A stretch of 64,000 nucleotides of DNA from Candidatus Microgenomatus sp. (GTDB lineage Bacteria > Patescibacteriota > Minisyncoccia > UBA6257 > GWB1-50-10): NCBI GenBank assembly GCA_020724805.1, contig DYGI01000001.1:111157-175156 (forward strand). Direction: 5' to 3'. Positions 55,883 through 64,000 of the stretch are shown here, piece after piece. The notes under the pieces are model-generated. The model was not told the DNA's origin. It saw only the letters and a program-made list of their open reading frames with translations, and made no database searches. Position numbers and translations under genes: made by a program. Every line of letters begins with the position of its first letter. The stretch's first letter is position 1.

Positions 55883-56863
55883 TTAGATAAGTCCCACTTT
55901 CTTTTTCACCTCGACCATTTTCTTTTCCGCGATTTTTGCTGATGCGTTACCTCCCTTCGCAAATGCGGCGCATGCTTTTGTGGGGGAGATTTTCTTTTTT
56001 GCGGCTTGATAGAGCGCAAGCGCCTTCACCACTACTTCCGCCACATCACGTTTGAAGTCGGCATACCCTTTCCCTGCATATTTTTTCTCAAGTGAGGAGA
56101 TGCTCACACCCGAAAGGGAGGAGTGGATGAGGAGGAGATTTGAAATGCCCGGCTTACTCTTTTCGTCGTATTTTATCTCACGGCCGGAGTCGGTAGTCGC
56201 ACGACCAAGTTTCGCGCGGATTTCGGCGGGCGCATCGTCCAAAAAGAGGCATCCTGCGGGGCGGGACTTGGACATTTTCTTTTGCGGATCGTCCAAACTC
56301 ATAAGGCGTGGCACATTCGTGTGGAGTGCTTTCGGCTCAATGAAAGTTTTGCCGAAGCGGCTATTAAACTTCCGTGCAAGCGTACGCGCGAGCTCCAAAT
56401 GCTGGTCTTGGTCGTCGCCCACCGGTACCGCGGCGGTATCGTAGAGAAGCACGTCGGCGGCCATGAGGACGGGATAATCGAAGAGGCCGACATTTGCGGA
56501 TTCCGCGCCTTCACCGGATTTTTCTTTGAACTGCGTCATTCGTCGCAGTTCTCCCATTGGGGTAATCGTATTCAAAATCCATGCGAGCTCGCTATGAGCC
56601 GGGATTGAAGATTGAGCGAAGAGCGTAGCTTTTGCGGGCGAGAGTCCCGCGGCAAGATATGAACGCATAAGGTCCTCGATCTGCGCCTTTTTCTCTTTCG
56701 GGGTATAGCTTTCCGTGAGTGAGTGAAGGTCCGCGATGAAAAAGAAACACCGATATTTGCCGGAGTTTTGGAGCTCCACAAAGTTTTTCAGCGCCCCAAG
56801 GTAATTACCGAGGTGCAGCTTGCCTGAGGGCTGGATGCCTGAGATGAGAACGGGTTTTATCAT
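55883..56863 (-). CDS. trpS: tryptophan--tRNA ligase
   Basis: GIQPSGKLHLGNYLG (HIGH region) and KMSKS; 326 aa. Confidence 0.9.
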   Translation of the reverse strand: MIKPVLISGIQPSGKLHLGNYLGALKNFVELQNSGKYRCFFFIADLHSLTESYTPKEKKAQIEDLMRSYLAAGLSPAKATLFAQSSIPAHSELAWILNTITPMGELRRMTQFKEKSGEGAESANVGLFDYPVLMAADVLLYDTAAVPVGDDQDQHLELARTLARKFNSRFGKTFIEPKALHTNVPRLMSLDDPQKKMSKSRPAGCLFLDDAPAEIRAKLGRATTDSGREIKYDEKSKPGISNLLLIHSSLSGVSISSLEKKYAGKGYADFKRDVAEVVVKALALYQAAKKKISPTKACAAFAKGGNASAKIAEKKMVEVKKKVGLI

Positions 56864-56934
56864 CGATTTTCAGTATAGAACACAGCTCATCGCGAAACAA
56901 AAAGACCGGCGATGCCGGTCTTTTTGTTTCCATG

Positions 56935-58797
56935 CTATATCTCAATGATGACTGGAAGCACCATGGGGCGGCGTTTCGTTTTTGTGAAGATGAACTGGCC
57001 TATCTGGTCACGGACCAAGGTTTTCACGTACTCGCCGTCCACCGGTTGATAGTGGGGAATGCGTCCCACGAGGCCACGGATGTGCTTCCGGATTTCATCG
57101 AGGAGCCCTTGCTGCTCTTTAAGGTAGATGAAACCGCGCGAGATGATGTCCGGGTTTTTCAATATTCTCCCATCGCGCTTGGAGAGCGTAACAATAATTA
57201 CGAGCATTCCTTCCTGCGCCAAAGCGAGTCGGTCGCGGAGCACCACTTCACCCACATCACCGACGCCCAAGCCATCCACCATGACGTAGTAGGCAGGGAC
57301 TTCCTCCCCGGTCAGACGGATTCCCGTTTTGGATATTTCCACCACGAGGCCGTTATCAGCCACTACCGTGTCGACAGGTTTCAGCCCCAAAACCTCCTGT
57401 GCGAGGCGTGCGTTTCGAAGGCGCATGAAGTAGTAACCGTGGATGGGCAAAAAGTATTTTGGTTTTACGAGACCCATCACGGTCTTCAGCTCTTCCTGTG
57501 GCGCATGGCCCGACGAGTGAATGTCGAGCATCTTGTGGTGGTAAATCATCGCACCCTGCCGCGCGAGGTTGTCCTTCAGGTTCTGCACACTTTTTTCGTT
57601 CCCGGGAACCACCGACGAAGAAAGCACGATAGTGTCGGTCGGCTTGATGCGGATCTGTTTGTGCTCACCGTTCGCCACGCGCATAAGTGACGCGTTCGGT
57701 TCGCCCTGCGCGCCCGTGGAGAGCACCAAAACCTCGTGGTCCTTGTATTTATTGATCTCTTCTAGGGGGATTATGGTTTCCTTATTGAACTTGAAATAGC
57801 CGAGGTGCTGAGCGATCTGTACGTTGGTCTTCATCGAGTAGCCGGAGAGCGCCACTTTGCGTCCAAGGCGTTCCGCGATACGCACAATTTCGCCCAAACG
57901 ATCGAGGAGTGACGCGAAAGTCCCTACAATGATGCGGCCCGGCGCGGTCTTGAAAAGTTTCTCAAGCTCCGCTTCCACGATGCGTTCCGAGAGCGCGTAC
58001 CCGGGGACTTCGGCGCCGGTTGAGTCCAACATGAGCGTGTGAATACCCTGCTCACCGACCCACTTCCACGTGTCGAGGCCCCGCGGTTTCCCGTCGTTGT
58101 CGTAATCGAACTTGAACTCTCCGGGATGCACGATGTTCCCGACCGGGGTTTTCAGGATGATGCCGATACCCTCCGGAATGTTGTGCACCACGTCGAAGAA
58201 TTTTGCGGAGAAATGATTACCGAATTTGTGCTCTTCGCCGCCCTTAATAAGGATGAAGTTCGGTTTCGGAGAGTTCGGGAAATCGTCCTGCCGCTTCATC
58301 ACGATTTCTTTGGTGAGCGGAGTCGCGTACATTGGCGGATTCCCCAACTTATCCAAAAGATAGGGGACGGCGCCGATGTGGTCGTAGTGACCATGCGTGA
58401 TGATGACCGCCTTGATGTTCTGCTTTTTCCCCTCAAGATACGTGACGTTCGGAATGATGTAGTCGATTCCCGGGGTCTCTATCTCGGGGAACTGGAGCCC
58501 CATATCAATGACCACAATCTCGTCTTTGTACTCGAAGAACATCATATTGCGACCAATCTCCTCGAGTCCTCCGAGCGCCACGAAACGCACCGCATCCGGC
58601 GAGGATGGGGCTTTATTGGCTATTACGGGGCGATGAACGACCCGTCGCGCAGGGCGCGCGGTGTCGCGAAATCCTCTCCCTGACGGGCGCGGACCATCGC
58701 GACGCGACGTCCCGTGCCTCCCTGTCGATGCGCGACCACCTCTCCCTTCGCGGGATGCGGGTTTGCGCGCGCTTTCAGCGTTCTTACTTACCATCAT
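56935..58797 (-). CDS. rnj: ribonuclease J (MBL/beta-CASP) with Arg-rich N-terminal extension
   Basis: ITHGHYDH metallo-beta-lactamase motif, beta-CASP and RNase J C-terminal domain; ~60 aa R/G-rich N-terminal tail. Confidence 0.85.
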   Translation of the reverse strand: MMVSKNAESARKPASREGRGGRASTGRHGTSRRDGPRPSGRGFRDTARPARRVVHRPVIANKAPSSPDAVRFVALGGLEEIGRNMMFFEYKDEIVVIDMGLQFPEIETPGIDYIIPNVTYLEGKKQNIKAVIITHGHYDHIGAVPYLLDKLGNPPMYATPLTKEIVMKRQDDFPNSPKPNFILIKGGEEHKFGNHFSAKFFDVVHNIPEGIGIILKTPVGNIVHPGEFKFDYDNDGKPRGLDTWKWVGEQGIHTLMLDSTGAEVPGYALSERIVEAELEKLFKTAPGRIIVGTFASLLDRLGEIVRIAERLGRKVALSGYSMKTNVQIAQHLGYFKFNKETIIPLEEINKYKDHEVLVLSTGAQGEPNASLMRVANGEHKQIRIKPTDTIVLSSSVVPGNEKSVQNLKDNLARQGAMIYHHKMLDIHSSGHAPQEELKTVMGLVKPKYFLPIHGYYFMRLRNARLAQEVLGLKPVDTVVADNGLVVEISKTGIRLTGEEVPAYYVMVDGLGVGDVGEVVLRDRLALAQEGMLVIIVTLSKRDGRILKNPDIISRGFIYLKEQQGLLDEIRKHIRGLVGRIPHYQPVDGEYVKTLVRDQIGQFIFTKTKRRPMVLPVIIEI

Positions 58798-58842
58798 AAA
58801 TACTTATTTTTTTACTTTTCGTTCGACGTTTTTACCTCAATA

Positions 58843-58870
58843 TGTCTTGTGAGCGAGGAGGGAATCGAAA
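58843..58870 (-). repeat. partial tandem duplicate of the tRNA-Leu 3' end plus trailer
   Basis: TGTCTTGTGAGCGAGGAGGGAATCGAAA versus TGTCTTGTGGGCGAGGAGGGACTTGAACCC (the tRNA 3' end and trailer, starting 58871); 3 mismatches in 28 nt. Confidence 0.6.
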
Positions 58871-58877
58871 TGTCTTG

Positions 58878-58960
58878 TGGGCGAGGAGGGACTTGAACCC
58901 TCACGGCCTTGCGGCCATAGGCTCCTGAAGCCTACGTGTCTGCCATTCCACCACCCGCCC
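58878..58960 (-). tRNA. tRNA-Leu (anticodon CAG), long variable arm
   Basis: Manual fold of the reverse complement: acceptor GGGCGGG/CTCGCCC, 3-bp D-stem, anticodon stem TAGGC/GCCTA with loop TTCAGGA, variable arm GGCCGCAAGGCC, T-arm GAGGG-TTCAAGT-CCCTC. Confidence 0.75.
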
Positions 58961-59124
58961 TTGGTAAATCACTTTATCCGCAAGAAAGCCAACAACACGA
59001 GAACACTAACAAATATCAATTCGTACGAATAACAATGCGAGTTCGTTTGCGGGCTTACTTGCGGAGAGGAGAAATTGAACGTTACGGGAAGTGTAGCAGA
59101 GCTCGCTTAATTTGTCAAATGCGG

Positions 59125-60714
59125 TTACTCAAGCACGCGGACGCGCGTCACATTCCATTCGGCGACGTTCAAAAAACGATCGGCGGGCGTGATAAGCTCT
59201 CCGGAAGGGAATCCCTCGAGGTCCTCGCCGTGGACGTGCGTATAAGGAAGTGAGACGAGGAATACCGCAGGAACATCATTGCCTATCGTTTTCCATGCAT
59301 CTTCCGCAAGACGCGCCCTCGCTTCATGGTCTCCCTCGGTGCGGATACGCTCAAGAAGCGTGTCTACGGAGCTTCTTGCGTAGAGCGAAAAGTTCTCGCC
59401 GGTGCCTCCGCGGGATGCGGAGTGCCAAAAAGGGTAGAGATCGTCGGGGTTTAGGAACGCGTGAGGCGCAAGCACCATCTCATATGCGCGGGGCTCCAAA
59501 ATATCACTTCGAAAACGCGCGAGAGGTACCTTTTCTATGGTGACAAATGAGATTCCCGCGGCGCTCCAATCCTCAAGCACCATCTCCGCGGCCCGTACGA
59601 GAAAAGGAACGTCCGGTACGGTAAGTGTGAGCGAGACGTCCGTATCGTGTTTTGCGCGGGCGAGCGCGCTTGTCGCACTCTCGGTCGCGGAGATAAGCGC
59701 CGCGTCCTCCGATGACAGACCGGGGAAATAGCTTTCCGCGTCTCCTTGGAAGACTTCACGCGCGATACGGGCGCGATCCGTGGCGTGGGACAGCGCGAGG
59801 CGGAGGAAGGGGTCGGCGAGCGCATCGTTCGCGGAATTGTTCAGAAATATCCCGTAGTAACGGGGGAGTGCAGTGCGGGTAACCGTTACGCCATCCATTA
59901 CTTCGTGAGCCTCCGGGAATGGAGGGAGGAACCCGAAACCGTGAATGCGGCGAAGGCGAAATGCATCGAGAAGTGCAGAGGAACTCTCAAAAAAGCGCAC
60001 ATAAAAATCGGCAATGAACGGTTTTTCGCCGCCGAACCGCTCATTCGGCACAAGGTGATACTCGTCGATAAAACCATCTTTTGCTTTGGTGAACGAAGCA
60101 ATGCGGTATGGGCCGTTCCCTATCGGTTGAAGCGCATACTCCGACAAATGATAGTTTTTTACGGGGATGCGCTCCCAGATATGTTTAGGGATGATAGGAA
60201 GTCGCGCAAAAAGCTCCTCCATGAAGGCGTTCGGCGACGGGAGCGTGAGTTTCACCTGGAGCATGCTCACTCGTTCGGTCGAGACGCCGCGAAGCGCTCC
60301 AGAGAATGCGGATTCGGCGAAGGGTTCTTGCGCCACATTTATCGTGAAAACTACATCGTCGGAAGTAAGGGGAGTCCCGTCGCTCCACACGAGATTTTCC
60401 TTTAGTTTCAAGGTATATACGGTAGCGTCTTTACTCCGCTCGGAGGAGACAAGGAAGGATTCAAGCGGGGAGAAGAGGAGCGCGCTAAGGTCTTGGTCCG
60501 CGGGGTTTGCGGAAGTAATCGGGTTTACGATGCTCGGTTGTCCCACGATGCCTTCGCGATATACGCCTCCGGGAGCAGGAATGAAGGTAGAATGCGCCGC
60601 GACCGTGACCGAAGTAAGCGCCACGGAAGCAGCCGCAAGGATGAGTGCCGATATAAATGCGGCGCGGCGTTCCGCCGTGCTCCATGCTCGGATAATATCC
60701 CGCGCGAGATTCAT
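59125..60714 (-). CDS. extracellular solute-binding protein family 5 (OppA/DppA-like)
   Basis: 529 aa; N-terminal anchor/signal; SBP_bac_5 pattern (LVWSDGTPLTSDDVVFT). Confidence 0.75.
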   Translation of the reverse strand: MNLARDIIRAWSTAERRAAFISALILAAASVALTSVTVAAHSTFIPAPGGVYREGIVGQPSIVNPITSANPADQDLSALLFSPLESFLVSSERSKDATVYTLKLKENLVWSDGTPLTSDDVVFTINVAQEPFAESAFSGALRGVSTERVSMLQVKLTLPSPNAFMEELFARLPIIPKHIWERIPVKNYHLSEYALQPIGNGPYRIASFTKAKDGFIDEYHLVPNERFGGEKPFIADFYVRFFESSSALLDAFRLRRIHGFGFLPPFPEAHEVMDGVTVTRTALPRYYGIFLNNSANDALADPFLRLALSHATDRARIAREVFQGDAESYFPGLSSEDAALISATESATSALARAKHDTDVSLTLTVPDVPFLVRAAEMVLEDWSAAGISFVTIEKVPLARFRSDILEPRAYEMVLAPHAFLNPDDLYPFWHSASRGGTGENFSLYARSSVDTLLERIRTEGDHEARARLAEDAWKTIGNDVPAVFLVSLPYTHVHGEDLEGFPSGELITPADRFLNVAEWNVTRVRVLE

Positions 60715-60927
60715 TTATACGAGGAGATTCAAGAGTGCGAATCCGGCAAAGAGAACTACCGCCACAATGGTCGCGTAGAATATTCCCTTCTCAACTCCGC
60801 GCCGCGCATAGTAGGGCGTGCCGCTCCCACCGCCCCCAAAAATGCCGGACATCCCGCCCGAACGCTCTTGGATAAGTACGAGGCCGATGACAAGAAGTGA
60901 GATGATGATTTGGAGAATTGGTCGCAT
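60715..60927 (-). CDS. secG: preprotein translocase subunit SecG
   Basis: 70 aa, two TM helices separated by the Gly-rich loop GIFGGGGSG. Confidence 0.8.
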   Translation of the reverse strand: MRPILQIIISLLVIGLVLIQERSGGMSGIFGGGGSGTPYYARRGVEKGIFYATIVAVVLFAGFALLNLLV

Positions 60928-60936
60928 AAAAAAGTG

Positions 60937-61299
60937 TTAGTCGCCGAGTTTTTTTGCGCTCATGTGGAGCACTACGTTCACTGCGCTTACGACAAGCGCC
61001 CCCACGAGGAGCGCCATGTACCCCTCGATGGTAACCACGTCGCTCACGATGTCAAGGACGTAGAGGAGAAGTCCATTCACCACCACCGCAAAAAGTCCGA
61101 GCGTAAGCACCATTAAGGGGCCAAAGAAAAGTTTTAAAACGGGGCGGAGAAGCAAGTTCAATACCGCGAGTATCGCACCGGCGGTGGCAAGCGCTACGAA
61201 TTCGCTCGCCGCTGAAAATCCCGGCACGAACGAACTTGCCGCGAATAGCGCGACCATGTTCGAAACGACGGAAAAGATGATACGCCCGATAAACCTCAT
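60937..61299 (-). CDS. DUF360/holin-4-like membrane protein
   Basis: ~120 aa from MRFIGRIIF, 4 TM; ATGA overlap with the gpmI stop. Confidence 0.4.
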   Translation of the reverse strand: MRFIGRIIFSVVSNMVALFAASSFVPGFSAASEFVALATAGAILAVLNLLLRPVLKLFFGPLMVLTLGLFAVVVNGLLLYVLDIVSDVVTIEGYMALLVGALVVSAVNVVLHMSAKKLGD

Positions 61300-62849
61300 C
61301 TTAGATAGGATAACAAACTGGCGCCGGTCATCTCGGGAGGCGTGGGAATGTCCATAAGTTCGAGGAGGGTAGGAGCCACATCCGCAAGAAGTCCCTGGAC
61401 CGCGAAAGGATTCGGTTTTGAGGGGTTCGCACGCGCGAATTCCTTCGCGATGAGATAGCACGGTACCGGACTCGGGTTATGTTTGGTTTCGGGCTCGCCG
61501 GTGCGGGGATCGATGAGCACCTCGGCATTCCCGTGGTCGGACGTCACGATAAGGACATGTTCTCCTTCTTCCACCGCGACGAGGAGTCGTGCGAGTTCTC
61601 GGTCCACTGTCTCCACCGCCGCGACCGTTGCGGCGTAATTTCCTGTGTGGGCAATGATATCGGCGTTCGCGTAGTTGAGGAGAATGAAATCGAAACTTTT
61701 TTCCTTGAGCGCGAGAATGGCGCGATCGGTGATTGATTTTGCCTGCATGGCGGGACGCTCATCCTTTCGAAACACGTTTTCCGAGGGGATAAGGATTCGA
61801 AATTCATTGGCGAACGGTTCCTCGCGTCTTCCGTTGAAAAAATAAGTTACGTGCGCATATTTTTCCGTTTCCCCGATGCGCAACTGCCGAAGATTTCTGT
61901 CCGCGAGCACCTCACCGAGCGTGTGGACCATCGGCTCGGCGGGGAATGCGACATCAGCGTGCTTGCCGCGATGGTACCCGGTCATGGTGATTACCCTTAC
62001 TCGCTCGAGCGGGACGAGAGGGAATCCTGCGAACGAGGGATCAAGGAATGCATCGGAAATTTGACGCATACTGTCTTCGCGAAAGTTGAAAAACACCACC
62101 GCATCTCCGCTTGCTATGTGGGGCGCGCCATCGAGAACGCGGGGCTCTATGAATTCGTCGTTCAGCCCTTTTGCGTACGCGCCCTGGAGCACTTCTTCCC
62201 ACGTGGCGACTTTTGGCGCCGTTCCGGTGAGTGCGCGATATGCCTCCCGCGTGCGGTCAAAATGCCGATCGCGGTCCATGCCGTAATAGCGACCGCCAAG
62301 CGAAGCAATCTTCACATTGGACGCGCGCGCGAGGACGTTTGTGAGACGAGTGAGGAGCGTGCGCGCTTCGCGCGGTCCGCTGTCGATGCCGTCGGTGAAA
62401 AGATGGAGCGCCACCGTGACTCCCTGGAATAGCGCCGCAAGTTTTATCAACGCTTCCAAGTGCGCAAAAGAGGCGTGTACGATGCCACTCGTGAGGAGAC
62501 CCACGAAATGTACGGTTCCCTTCGTCTCTTTCGCGTGGGAGAAGGCGCCAAGAAGCGCAGGATTTTTTTCGAACGTCCTTTCGGTGATGGCGCGGGCGAT
62601 GCGTTCCGAGTGCTGCTCCGAGGCGCGCCCGGCGCCGAGAGTGACGTGGCCCACCTCGCTGTTTCCCTCCTCGTCCCAAGGAAGCCCCACTGCGAGGCCC
62701 GAGGCCTGAAGCGCGCACCCGGGATATCGGCTCTCAAAGCGGGCAATGGTTTCCGGCCTGGCGGCATGGATGGGGTTGGATTGGTCCTCGGCGCCCAATC
62801 CCCACCCGTCCAAAATGGCAAGTACGTACGTGCGATTCATTGTATTCAT
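61296..62849 (-). CDS. gpmI: 2,3-bisphosphoglycerate-independent phosphoglycerate mutase
   Basis: iPGM metal-binding and catalytic Ser region (ILDGWGLG, SEVGH, TSDHGN); 517 aa. Confidence 0.9.
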   Translation of the reverse strand: MNTMNRTYVLAILDGWGLGAEDQSNPIHAARPETIARFESRYPGCALQASGLAVGLPWDEEGNSEVGHVTLGAGRASEQHSERIARAITERTFEKNPALLGAFSHAKETKGTVHFVGLLTSGIVHASFAHLEALIKLAALFQGVTVALHLFTDGIDSGPREARTLLTRLTNVLARASNVKIASLGGRYYGMDRDRHFDRTREAYRALTGTAPKVATWEEVLQGAYAKGLNDEFIEPRVLDGAPHIASGDAVVFFNFREDSMRQISDAFLDPSFAGFPLVPLERVRVITMTGYHRGKHADVAFPAEPMVHTLGEVLADRNLRQLRIGETEKYAHVTYFFNGRREEPFANEFRILIPSENVFRKDERPAMQAKSITDRAILALKEKSFDFILLNYANADIIAHTGNYAATVAAVETVDRELARLLVAVEEGEHVLIVTSDHGNAEVLIDPRTGEPETKHNPSPVPCYLIAKEFARANPSKPNPFAVQGLLADVAPTLLELMDIPTPPEMTGASLLSYLR

Positions 62850-62925
62850 GGTAGCAGAAGGGTATACTCTTAGCGCAGCAAACCTACTAAAGTGTCGAAG
62901 GAAATCAAATCAAATTTCATAACGT

Positions 62926-64000
62926 ATGACATTATCACCACTTTTGGCGGCGCTTGTGGCGCTCGTGGCGCTTGTCTTGGGATATGGCATCAGGTTCGCA
63001 ATTGCGCGGAGGAAGGAGTCATCGGAAGCGGAGGAGAGTAAAAAAGAACTCGACGCGGCACGCGTAGAAGCGAAGGAAATCGTCGTCGCGGCAAAAAGCG
63101 AAGCGGCGAATCTTCTTGTCGCCGCACAGAAGGAGGAAAAGGAGCGAAGAGAGGAGCTTCGGAAACTCGAGGAGCGCCTCGCGAAGCGCGAGGATGATTT
63201 GAGCGTTGAGAGGAAAACCATCGATGCGGAGCGCGCGCGCCTGAAAGAAGAAGAAGCGAAGGTAAAAGCGCGCGAAGAGGAGACGAATACGACCCGCGAA
63301 AAGGCGGTAAAGGCCCTCGAAGAGGCCGCAAAACTTTCTCGGGAGGAAGCAAAACAAAAACTATTCTCCGAGATTGAAACGGAATATCGGGACGATCTTG
63401 CAAAAGCGATAGCCAAACTCGAGCATGATCGGCGCGACACGCTTGAAACGAAAGCGAACGAACTTCTCACCTCGGTCATTCAGCGATATGCACGGGACCA
63501 CATCTCGGAGATAACCACGACCGCGGTGACGCTTCCCGCCGAGGACATTAAAGGGAAGATTATCGGTAAGGAAGGGAGAAATATCCGGGCATTCGAGCGC
63601 GCCACGGGGGTGGAGGTCATCATCGATGAAACGCCGGAAAGTCTTGTTATTTCCTCATTCGACCCCTATCGCCGCGAGCTCGCAAAAATGGCCCTCGAGA
63701 AACTTTTGAAGGACGGGCGCATTCAGCCGGCAAAGATAGAAGAAAAAGTGGAGGAAGCGCGCGCGGAGCTCGACCAAAGGGTTGAGAAGCTCGGCGAAGA
63801 AGCCGCGTCTTCTCTCGGCATATTCGATTTCCCCAAGGAGATAGTGGCACTCATCGGCCGACTTCATTTCCGTACAAGTTACGGACAGAATGTGCTTCAG
63901 CACTCGCTTGAGATAGCGCACATCGCGGGCATGCTTGCCGCGGAATTGGGCGCGAACGTAGAAGTCGCGAAGCGGGCCGCGTTGGTGCATGACATGGGGA
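62926..64000 (+). CDS. rny: ribonuclease Y (3'-truncated by the window end)
   Basis: ATG 62926; N-terminal TM, long E/K-rich coiled coil, KH motif GKIIGKEGRNIRAFE, start of HD domain (HSLEIAHIAG...LVHDMG); not in the ORF track because no stop lies within the window. Confidence 0.85.
   Translation, partial: MTLSPLLAALVALVALVLGYGIRFAIARRKESSEAEESKKELDAARVEAKEIVVAAKSEAANLLVAAQKEEKERREELRKLEERLAKREDDLSVERKTIDAERARLKEEEAKVKAREEETNTTREKAVKALEEAAKLSREEAKQKLFSEIETEYRDDLAKAIAKLEHDRRDTLETKANELLTSVIQRYARDHISEITTTAVTLPAEDIKGKIIGKEGRNIRAFERATGVEVIIDETPESLVISSFDPYRRELAKMALEKLLKDGRIQPAKIEEKVEEARAELDQRVEKLGEEAASSLGIFDFPKEIVALIGRLHFRTSYGQNVLQHSLEIAHIAGMLAAELGANVEVAKRAALVHDMG

Noticed and set aside
62910-63479. 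189-aa Ser/Ala/Arg-rich ORF on the minus strand
   Set aside because: It is the antisense frame of the E/K-rich coiled-coil region of RNase Y; low-complexity mirror ORF, not a gene

Overview
This is a gene-dense, high-GC (~57%) bacterial chromosomal window, with a compact gene layout and gene content that I infer fit a small-genome, possibly Patescibacteria/CPR-like organism. It spans the replication origin: rpmH-rnpA-yidC-jag on the minus strand face dnaA-dnaN on the plus strand, and DnaA-box-like motifs plus an AT-rich stretch lie between dnaA and dnaN. Immediately upstream of the origin is an 11-gene, tightly overlapping plus-strand operon (2692-14110) that looks like a type IV secretion or conjugation-like apparatus. 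It has a VirB4/TrbE-type ATPase split into two ORFs, a PrgI/VirB3-like protein, a VirB6/TrbL-like membrane protein, a VirB2-like pilin candidate and several large secreted proteins, but no relaxase or coupling protein. The rest is mostly housekeeping: ruvA, ruvB and ruvC (dispersed), polA, tsaE, a PilB-type ATPase, holA, rpsT, a Mur-ligase-family protein, a beta-CASP RNase, family-4 UDG, ClpC-like ATPase, NUDIX, MGMT, infC-rpmI-rplT, tmk, smpB plus tmRNA, argS, ileS, trpS, RNase J, OppA-like SBP, secG, gpmI and a 5' partial RNase Y. RNA genes found by eye are tRNA-Arg(CCG) on plus, tRNA-Leu(CAG) on minus and tmRNA on minus. The most unusual items are: a type-2 IleRS carrying an inserted ~200 aa histidine-phosphatase (PGAM-like) domain between its zinc knuckles; a 364-nt ORF-free, hairpin-dense region (42672-43035) that is probably a structured ncRNA; a low-GC islet (46866-48545) preceded by an inverted, diverged copy of the tmRNA 3' end and punctuated by a repeated terminator-like module; a tandem duplicate of the tRNA-Leu 3' end; and a 15-bp perfect inverted repeat bracketing the start codon of the beta-CASP RNase gene.
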